Shown one piece after another: positions 27,265 to 34,692 of a stretch of DNA of 34,692 bases. This stretch comes from Chloroflexota bacterium (GTDB lineage Bacteria; Chloroflexota; Dormibacteria; Aeolococcales; Aeolococcaceae): positions 65,749 through 100,440 of the forward strand of contig VBJV01000022.1 in the NCBI GenBank assembly GCA_005879785.1, read 5' to 3'. The notes under the pieces are model-generated. The model saw nothing but the letters and a program-made list of their open reading frames with translations, searched no databases and was not told the origin of the DNA. The number at the start of each line of letters is the position of its first letter. Position 1 is the first letter of the stretch. The position numbers were made by a program, and so were the translations under genes.

Positions 27265-27978
27265 ATGCGATTCGGTATCGCGGTGTTCCCCGGGACTTGG
27301 TCGGATCGTGACTGCGCGCGCGCGGTGACCCTGGCCGGCCATGAGCCGGTGATGCTCTGGCACAAGGACCGCGATGTGAAAGATGCCGACTGCGTCATTC
27401 TCCCCGGTGGGTTCTCGTACGGCGATTACCTGCGCTGCGGCGCCGTGGCGCGCTTCGCCCCGCTCATGGACGCGGTTACCGAGTTCGCAGCCCACGGTGG
27501 GCTCGTCTGGGGCATCTGCAACGGCTTTCAGATCCTGTGTGAGGCCCACCTGCTGCCCGGCGCGCTGAGCCGCAACCAGTCGCTCCAGTTTCGCTGCGAA
27601 CCCGCCTACCTGCGCGTTGAGACGACCGTCTCGCCGTTCACCTCCGGGTGCACCCAGGGAGACGTTCTGCAGATCCCCGTGTCGCACGGTGAGGGGCGCT
27701 ACGTTGCCGATGATGAGACCCTCGACATGCTCGAACGTGATGGCCGCGTCGCTCTTCGCTACGTGGCCGCCGACGGCTCCGCCGTCGGCGCGCGCTCGCC
27801 AAACGGGTCGATGCGCGACATCGCCGGCGTGCTCAACCAGGGGCACAACGTGCTGGGCATGATGCCGCACCCCGAGCGGGCCAGCGAGGCGTTGCTCGGC
27901 TCCGATGACGGCATGCGCCTCTTCGAGAGCGTGTCGCACGCCGTCCGCCACGGCGATTCCTTCGCCAACATCTGGTGA
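27265..27978 (+). CDS. purQ: FGAM synthase glutaminase subunit PurQ
   Basis: VFPG, LPGGFSYGDYLRCG, GICNGFQIL, HGEG, PNGS, GMMPHPER. Confidence 0.97.
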   Translation: MRFGIAVFPGTWSDRDCARAVTLAGHEPVMLWHKDRDVKDADCVILPGGFSYGDYLRCGAVARFAPLMDAVTEFAAHGGLVWGICNGFQILCEAHLLPGALSRNQSLQFRCEPAYLRVETTVSPFTSGCTQGDVLQIPVSHGEGRYVADDETLDMLERDGRVALRYVAADGSAVGARSPNGSMRDIAGVLNQGHNVLGMMPHPERASEALLGSDDGMRLFESVSHAVRHGDSFANIW

Positions 27979-27982
27979 TGTG

Positions 27983-30150
27983 ATGACCGAGGTCACCGCG
28001 ATCACGCGTCCTTCGCAGCAGCAGCTTGCAGAAGTCGCCCTCACGACCGCCGAGTACGACCACCTCGTGGCGCTCATCGGCCGGCAGCCCAACGCACTCG
28101 AGCTTGGCATCGGCGGTGCCCTCTGGCCGGGCCGCGCGTCGTGCAAGGACCTGGCGAGAACGCGGGCGCCGTCGACATCGGCGCCGGGCTCGCCTGCGTC
28201 TTCAAGATCGAGTCACACAATCATCCCAGCGCCATCGAGCCGTACCAGGGAGCCGCGACCGGTGTCGGAGGCATCCTGCGCGACATCTTCACCATGGGTG
28301 CCCGCCCGCTGGCGCTGCTCGATTCGCTCCGCTTCGGCCCGCTCGACGAGCCGCGGCAGCGGCATCTCTTCGAGGGCGTGGTCGCGGGCATCGGCGGCTA
28401 TGGCAACTGCGTCGGCGTTCCCACTGTCGGCGGTGAGGTGTACTTCGATGCGAGCTACCGGCAGAACTGCGTTGTGAATGCGATGTGCGTCGGCGTGGTG
28501 GAGCACGCCAAACTGACACGCGCTCGAGCTGCCGGTGCGGGCAACCTGGTGCTGCTGGTCGGGGCCGACACGGGCCGCGACGGCATCCACGGCGCCAGCT
28601 TTGCCAGCGTCGTCCTCGATGAGGCCAGCGAGTCGCGACGTCCCGCCGTGCAGGTCGGCAATCCATTCCTCGAGAAATGCCTGATGGAGGCGTGCCTCGA
28701 GCTCGCCGGGCAGCCCGGAGTGGTCGCCATGCAGGACCTCGGCGCCGCCGGCCTGACCGGCAGTGCCGCGGAGCTGGCGCACCGCGGCGGCTGCGGCATC
28801 GAAATCGACGTGGCCCGGGTGTCACGACGCGAGACGGGCATGAGCGCCTATGAGGTGATGCTCAGCGAGTCGCAGGAGCGCATGCTGCTGGTGGTCACGC
28901 GCGAACGGCTTGCCGCGGTGCGCGAGACGTTCGCACGCTGGGACCTGCATTCGGACTCGGTCGGCGTGATCTTCGACGAGCCCCGCCTGATCGTGCGCGA
29001 CGGAGGCGACATCGTGGCCGACCTGCCCGTCGAGACCGCGGTCAGCGGTGCGCCGGTTCGACAGCCGGTCGGGGCGCTGCGCGAGCAGCCACAGGATGCT
29101 TCTCCACCGCCGCCACCATCACCCTGGCCCGCAGGCGAGACGCTGCTGCGGCTGCTCGCCGCCCCCAACATCGGCAGCCGCCGCGGCATCTTTCGTAGCT
29201 ACGACCACCAGGTCGGGGGCGCGACCGTTGTTCTGCCCGGCGGCGACGCCGCGGTGGTGCGCGTGCCGGGGACGTCGCTGGCGCTGGCGGTGAGCACCGA
29301 CGGCAATGCGCGCTATTCGGCGCTGGACGCGCGCCGGGGTGCTGCCATCGCTGTGTGCGAAGCAGCGCGCAACGTGTCGGCCACCGGCGCCGTACCGGTG
29401 GGCATCACCAACTGTCTCAACTTTGCCAACCCTGAGCGCGCCGAGGTGTATGACGCGCTTCGAGCCAGCATCGAGGGCATCGCCGAGGCGTGCCGGGCGT
29501 TCGACATCCCGGTGGTGAGCGGCAACGTGAGTCTGTACAACGACGCACCGTCGGGCGGCATCGATCCGACCGTCGTCATCGGCATGGTCGGTGTGATCGA
29601 TGACGTCGAGCGACACTGCACTGCGGCGTTCAGCGTGGATGACGACCTGGTGGCGCTGCTCGGCCCGATCGGCACGGAGCTCGGCGGCAGCGAATACCTG
29701 CGCCTGGTGCAGGGCGCTGGCGATGGCGAGCCACCGCACGTCGACCTGCAGCTGGAAGCTCGGGTGCAGGCCTTCGTGCGCGAGGCCATCGCCGCGGGTC
29801 TGCTTCGTTCCGCGCATGACTGCGCGGAGGGCGGTTTCGCTGTGGCAATCGCGGAGTCGTGCCTGCTGGGCGGGAGGGGAGCCTGGGTGGGCATCGAGGA
29901 GCTCGAGCGCGAGAGTGCGGATCCGGCCGGCGAGGCCGGTATACTTTTTGGCGAGAGCCAGTCGCGCTTCATCGTCAGCTTCCCAAGGGAGGCCTTAGTG
30001 CAGTTGCACGACCTGTCCAGCCGGCGTCAGGTTCCGTTCGCTGGGATCGGATCAGTCGGCGGGGAGCGCCTCGTGGTCACGGGCGCCATCGATGTGCCGC
30101 TCAGTGAGCTCCGCGAAGCGTATGAAGGGGCTCTCGATGCACCTGCCTGA
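27983..30150 (+). pseudogene. purL: FGAM synthase subunit PurL, frameshifted at about 28127 (may be an assembly error)
   Basis: MTEV...[25 protein letters not shown] in one frame, then [66 protein letters not shown] in another. The SEHCSYK motif is missing at the junction. Confidence 0.9.
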
Positions 30151-31615
30151 CACGTTCGCCGAGCATCTCGACGACGATCACCTGCATGAAGAATGCGGCA
30201 TCTTCGGCGTCTTCCACCCCGGCGAGGACGTCGCCAACCTCACGTATTTCGGGCTCTACTCGCTGCAGCACCGCGGTCAGGAGTCGGCGGGGATCGCCGT
30301 CAGTGACGGACGCGACATCCACATGCACAAGGAGATGGGCCTGGTGTCGCAGGTGTTCGACCAGGACAACATCGCCGAGCTGCGCGGCAACATCGCCATC
30401 GGTCACACGCGGTACAGCACCACGGGCAGCCCTCGGTTGCCCAATGCCCAGCCGATGCGTTTCGAACACCCGCAGCTGGGCCCTGTGCTGCTTGCCCACA
30501 ACGGCAACCTGGTCAATACACACCAGCTCCGCGAAGAGCTGGCCGCGGCCGGCGCCACTTTCGAGACCACGAGCGATACGGAGGTGCTCGGTGCGCTGCT
30601 GACGCGCACACCGGGGGAGACCCTCGCCGAGGTGCTGACCGCCGCGCTGCCCCGCGCCGAGGGCGCGTACTGCCTGCTGTTCCTGACGCGCGACTCGCTC
30701 GTGGCCGCGCGGGATCCGCTCGGCATACGGCCACTCTGCCTGGGACGCTTCGGCGAGCCCGAGGCGCCCGGCGGCACCGGCTACGTCATCGCCAGCGAGA
30801 CCTGCGCGCTCGACGTGATCGGCGCCAGCTTCATCTGCGAGATCGATCCCGGCGAGATCGTGTCCATCGATCAGAGCGGCATGCGCAGCACGAAGGTGCC
30901 GCGCACCACGCCGCACCGCGCCATGTGCTCGTTCGAGTTCATCTATTTCGCGCGCCCCGACAGCGTCATGATGGGTCAGTCGCTGTACGAGGCCCGCCGC
31001 GAGATGGGTCGTGAGCTGGCTCGCGAGTCTCCTGCCGACGGTGACATCGTGATCACCCTGCCCGACAGCGGCACGCCCGCGGCGATCGGCTTCGCCGAGG
31101 AGACCGGCCTGCCGTTCGCCGAGGGCATGATCAAGTCGCGCTACATCACGCGAACGTTCATCCAGCCCTCGCAACGTCTGCGCGAGGCGGGCATCCGTCT
31201 CAAGTTCAACCCGATGCGCCATGTGCTCGAGGACAAGCGCGTGGTGCTGGTTGACGACTCGATCGTGCGCGGCACGACCTCACGGCGCATCATCGACGAG
31301 CTGCGCCGGGCCGGCGCACGCGAGGTGCACATGCGCATCGCCTCGCCCCCGATCGCGTGGCCGTGTTTCATGGGCATCGACATCGCCTCACGGCGCGAGC
31401 TCATCGCCGCCGACCACTCACAGGAGGAGATCGCCACCCTGCTGGGCGCGGACTCGCTGCACTACCTCAGCCTGGCGGGGTTGCGCCGGGCCATGGGCAA
31501 GCCTGACGGCAGTGGCTTCTGCTTCGCCTGCTTCACCGGCTCGTATCCGGTTGACGTGCCCGCCCACCTCGAGGCCGACAAGCTTGCGCTCGAGATCCCG
31601 GTGGCAGCCGGCTAG
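30137..31615 (+). CDS. purF: Amidophosphoribosyltransferase
   Basis: Propeptide ending [50 protein letters not shown], Fe-S cysteines (PCFMG, CFACFTG). Confidence 0.97.
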   Translation: MHLPDTFAEHLDDDHLHEECGIFGVFHPGEDVANLTYFGLYSLQHRGQESAGIAVSDGRDIHMHKEMGLVSQVFDQDNIAELRGNIAIGHTRYSTTGSPRLPNAQPMRFEHPQLGPVLLAHNGNLVNTHQLREELAAAGATFETTSDTEVLGALLTRTPGETLAEVLTAALPRAEGAYCLLFLTRDSLVAARDPLGIRPLCLGRFGEPEAPGGTGYVIASETCALDVIGASFICEIDPGEIVSIDQSGMRSTKVPRTTPHRAMCSFEFIYFARPDSVMMGQSLYEARREMGRELARESPADGDIVITLPDSGTPAAIGFAEETGLPFAEGMIKSRYITRTFIQPSQRLREAGIRLKFNPMRHVLEDKRVVLVDDSIVRGTTSRRIIDELRRAGAREVHMRIASPPIAWPCFMGIDIASRRELIAADHSQEEIATLLGADSLHYLSLAGLRRAMGKPDGSGFCFACFTGSYPVDVPAHLEADKLALEIPVAAG

Positions 31616-31629
31616 AAACGCTGAAGAAG

Positions 31630-32055
31630 CTATATGTCGGGGCGCTTCTCCGCGTCGCGCAGGCGCGCGCACAGCTGTAGCAGCAGCTTGTAGGTGAGCT
31701 TCGGCTGCTCGAGCAGCAGCGGCTTGAAGTTCCACGAGGTGAGCGACAGCAGTCGCAGCGGTGTCTCGGCGGTCACGGTCGCGCTGCGCACGCCTCCGTC
31801 GATGAGGGCGATGTCGCCGAAGGAGTCACCGGGTGCGAGGCGTCGTACTCGCCGTCCCCTGCGGCTCACGTTGGCGGTGCCGTCCAGGATCAGGTGGAAG
31901 CCGACGCCGGGTGCGCCCTCGGTGACCACCGCACGCCCCGCCGGAGTGTCCACCTCACGCGACGCCTGCACGATGCGATCGAGGTCCTTCTTGCTCAGAC
32001 CCTCGAACAGCTGCACCCGGCCGAGCAGTCCCACGAGTGTCTTGCGATCGGTCAT
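31630..32055 (-). CDS. Stand-alone cyclic nucleotide-binding domain protein
   Basis: LFEGL, VVTEG, ILDG, GDSFGDIALIDGGVRSATV phosphate-binding cassette; no HTH. Start at ATG 32055. Confidence 0.88.
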   Translation of the reverse strand: MTDRKTLVGLLGRVQLFEGLSKKDLDRIVQASREVDTPAGRAVVTEGAPGVGFHLILDGTANVSRRGRRVRRLAPGDSFGDIALIDGGVRSATVTAETPLRLLSLTSWNFKPLLLEQPKLTYKLLLQLCARLRDAEKRPDI

Positions 32056-32249
32056 CTGATCACGCTGTGCGGGGAGCCCTGGCAGGAATGCGGCAGTATC
32101 CAGTACTTGTCCTGGCAGGTATCGCACGAGGCCTGCAAGCGGATGTCCGCACCCACCTGAGCCTTGGGATGCTTCCTGCCGTCGCCGTTGCAGGTCGGGC
32201 AGGGCGACACGTCGTGATGTCCGCAGCCGCCTGGGCAGTCTCTGGCCAT
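32052..32249 (-). CDS. 65-aa Cys/His-rich putative zinc-finger microprotein
   Basis: GGAGG SD; MARDCPGGCGHHDVSPCPTCNGDG...SCDTC...HSC; ATGA overlap with the cNMP-binding gene. Confidence 0.7.
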   Translation of the reverse strand: MARDCPGGCGHHDVSPCPTCNGDGRKHPKAQVGADIRLQASCDTCQDKYWILPHSCQGSPHSVIR

Positions 32250-32329
32250 CGCTCTCTCCTCCGCCGGGTGAAAATGCGTGGCGTACATGGTGCCACCCGC
32301 GGGGCTGGTGCGGAGGAAGCGCTGACGCG

Positions 32330-34692
32330 GTGATCAAGCAGATCCGGAGCCCGGTGATGATCGGCCGTGACCGCGAGCTCGCGCGGCTCGAGGACGCGTT
32401 GCTGTCGTCGCTGCGTGGAGAGCCTCGTCTGACGGTGCTCAGCGGCGAGGCCGGTGTGGGGAAGTCGCGGCTCTCCGAGGAGCTGCAGCGGCGGGCGCAC
32501 TCGCTGGGTTGCGTGACCCTGGTCGGCGAATGCTCGGAGACCGATCTGTCGCTGCCGTACCTGCCGTTCGTGCAGGCGATCGGCAACCTGCTCGAGGCCG
32601 GCGCCGGCTTCGACGAGCTTCGCGCCGCGCTCGGGCCGGCGGCGGCCTCGCTGACGCTCCTCTTCCCGCAGCTGGCCACAGCCGAGTGGCATCACGACCC
32701 TCAGGGGACCGCCTTCGACAAGCTGCGGCTGTTCGAGGCCGTGGTCAGCCTGCTCAGGACCCTGTCGGACACGCGAGGGCTGCTCTTCGTTGTCGAGGAC
32801 GTGCACTGGGCCGACCAGGCAACGCAGGAGCTGCTCGATTACGTCACGCGTCGCCTGGTGGCCAGTCGCACCATGTTCCTGATCACGCACCGCGACGCCG
32901 AGATGGACCGGCGCCATGCCTTGAGGCCGGCGCTCGAGCGCTGGCACAAGTCCGGGCGCTCCGAGACGATCGCGCTCGCACCGCTGGCGCTCGCCGCTGT
33001 GCGCACGATGATCGCTGCGATTCTCGACGACGATGATGCGCCCGAGGCGCTCGTGCGCCAGTTGCACGAGCGAGCCGACGGCGTCCCATTCGCCGTCGAG
33101 GAGCTGCTCCGTGACGCGGTGGAACGTGGCACCGCGCAGGGACCGGAGCACGGAGGCGATGGGCGTGGCGGCCCGCCACCGCGAACCCTGGCGGACAACA
33201 TCCTGCTTCGCGTCGAACGGATGCCGCCCGAGCAGGCGCACGTCGTTCGCTGCGCCTCGGTGCTGGGTCGCAGTTTCGACTTCAACGTCCTCGCGCAGCT
33301 CGTCGAGCGGCCGGTGGATCCGGTGCTCGACGCCTTGGATGGATGCGTCGCCGCGCAGCTGCTGGAACAGGATGCCCAACGCGACAACGGATACCGTTTT
33401 CGTCACTCACTCATCTGCGATGCCGTGTACGAGGACATGCTCGTCTCGCGGCGGCGTCTGCTCCATGGCAGGGCCGCGGATGTGCTCGAATCGACCGCGG
33501 CCGGCGAGGCGGCGGAGATCGCCCACCACCTCATCGCCGCCGGCCCAAGCGAACGGGCCGCCCGCGCCTGTGTGGATGCCGCCGAGCACGCGTTGCGCGG
33601 GTTGGCGCCTCGCGAGGCGTGCGACCTCTTTCAGCGCGCGATCGCGCTCACCGGCGATATCAGCGAACGCGCCGTCCTGACCTGCCGCCTCGGCGACGCG
33701 CTGCACGAGGCGGGTGACGTCGCCGCCGCCGAACGCACGCTGAGCGAAGGTATCGCCGCGCTCGAGCAGCTTGGGGAGCCGCGCACCGCCGCGCGGTACC
33801 GTCTGACCCTGGGACGCTGCTGCTGGGAGCGGTCTCAGTACGAGCGCGCGCGCGAGCAGTACGAGCGAACGCGCGACGTGCTCGAGCCGGAGGGGCCGAG
33901 TGAAGAGCTCGCGAACGCATACATCCGGCTTTCCGGGTTGCAGTCGTTCGCGGGCGCCGCGGACGAAGCCCAGCGGCTCGCCGAGCGCGCCATAGCCGTG
34001 GCGGGCAGCGCCGGAGCAGAAGCGGCCGGCATATCGGCCCGCGACTGGCTGGGCCTGGCGCTCTGCCATCAGGGTCAGCTCGACCGCGGGCTCGCTGAGC
34101 TCGACGAGAGCGCGGCGATGGCCGCCGCGGCCGGTCTGCACGCCCTCGAGGTCACCGTGGTCAGCCACGCGCTGAGCATCCTGGAGAGCTACGGCCGGGT
34201 CGCTGAAGTGCAGCCCTTCCTGCAGCGATTGCACGAGCTGCCTGGCGATCCGTGGATTCAGGTGGTACTGCCGTACTACGAGAGCTGGGTCTGGTTCTGG
34301 TCCGCAGAGCTGCGTCGGGCTGCACGAGCGGCAAGCAGCTGCATCGAGCTGGCGACACGGTTCGGCATGGACACCCAGGTCGCCTGGGGTCGCGCGGCGC
34401 TGTGCGCCATCGCCACCGAGGTCGGCGACCTCAACGCCGCGCACAACCTGCTGCCGCGGCGCGACCGCGTGCTCGAGCGGCAGGAGCTGCTCGAACAGGG
34501 CTGGGCCAGCCTCCGCTATCTGCTGGCGATGGGCGATGCCGGGGCGTGTGCCGAGCTGGCCGCCGAGCTCAGCGCGATGCCCGATGCGCTGGCCGGCACC
34601 GCACTGGTCGACACCGTCGTGGAGGCACTGATCGCTGCCGAGCGCACCTCCGAAGCCGCCCGCCTCCTCGAAGCCGCGGGTGGCAGCGCACG
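32330..34692 (+). CDS. STAND/AAA_16 ATPase with TPR-like helices (MalT/LuxR-like regulator); runs off the window end
   Basis: Own translation: MIGRDREL, Walker A GEAGVGKS, PYLPF, Walker B VVEDVHWAD, DGVPFAVEEL, ASVLG, YRFRHSL, all in one frame; GGAGG upstream. Confidence 0.9.
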   Translation, partial: MIKQIRSPVMIGRDRELARLEDALLSSLRGEPRLTVLSGEAGVGKSRLSEELQRRAHSLGCVTLVGECSETDLSLPYLPFVQAIGNLLEAGAGFDELRAALGPAAASLTLLFPQLATAEWHHDPQGTAFDKLRLFEAVVSLLRTLSDTRGLLFVVEDVHWADQATQELLDYVTRRLVASRTMFLITHRDAEMDRRHALRPALERWHKSGRSETIALAPLALAAVRTMIAAILDDDDAPEALVRQLHERADGVPFAVEELLRDAVERGTAQGPEHGGDGRGGPPPRTLADNILLRVERMPPEQAHVVRCASVLGRSFDFNVLAQLVERPVDPVLDALDGCVAAQLLEQDAQRDNGYRFRHSLICDAVYEDMLVSRRRLLHGRAADVLESTAAGEAAEIAHHLIAAGPSERAARACVDAAEHALRGLAPREACDLFQRAIALTGDISERAVLTCRLGDALHEAGDVAAAERTLSEGIAALEQLGEPRTAARYRLTLGRCCWERSQYERAREQYERTRDVLEPEGPSEELANAYIRLSGLQSFAGAADEAQRLAERAIAVAGSAGAEAAGISARDWLGLALCHQGQLDRGLAELDESAAMAAAAGLHALEVTVVSHALSILESYGRVAEVQPFLQRLHELPGDPWIQVVLPYYESWVWFWSAELRRAARAASSCIELATRFGMDTQVAWGRAALCAIATEVGDLNAAHNLLPRRDRVLERQELLEQGWASLRYLLAMGDAGACAELAAELSAMPDALAGTALVDTVVEALIAAERTSEAARLLEAAGGSA

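Noticed and set aside
32330-34692. STAND ATPase as an Avs-type anti-phage system
   Set aside because: Motifs (EDVHWAD, YRFRH, N-terminal GRDREL with no effector domain) fit the common AAA_16/LuxR regulator class, and there is no defence-island context.

Overview
High-GC (about 70% by eye) bacterial chromosomal window of mostly housekeeping genes. Gene content and many apparently leaderless genes suggest a soil Chloroflexota/Dormibacterota- or Actinomycetota-like organism (inference). Order: truncated metH, infA with an Arg-rich N-terminal extension, a minus-strand envelope operon (hypothetical, UPF0104-type membrane protein, NDP-sugar epimerase), a membrane HAMP-GAF-GGDEF diguanylate cyclase, threonine aldolase, a histone-H1-like basic protein, glutamate dehydrogenase, an epimerase/acyltransferase pair, and a split purine cluster (guaB3-guaA, purD-purE ... 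purB-purC-purS-purQ-purL-purF; no purK, purM, purN or purH in the window). Inside the purine cluster sit (a) a two-subunit pyruvate-carboxylase-like pair whose carboxyltransferase has lost its metal ligands and carbamylated lysine but keeps the biotin site, followed by a degenerate methyltransferase and a 32-aa ORF, and (b) a GDPD plus an ECF sigma/anti-sigma pair. The window ends with a Cys-rich microprotein and cNMP-binding protein divergent from a truncated STAND-type ATPase. Four genes (epimerase, hypothetical, purD, purL) carry apparent short frameshifting deletions, three removing conserved motifs; these may be assembly errors. Non-coding signals include tandem NrdR-like boxes before guaB3, a 195-nt cruciform element, a structured 5' UTR and an ECF promoter. 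No rRNA, tRNA, CRISPR array or transposase was seen.
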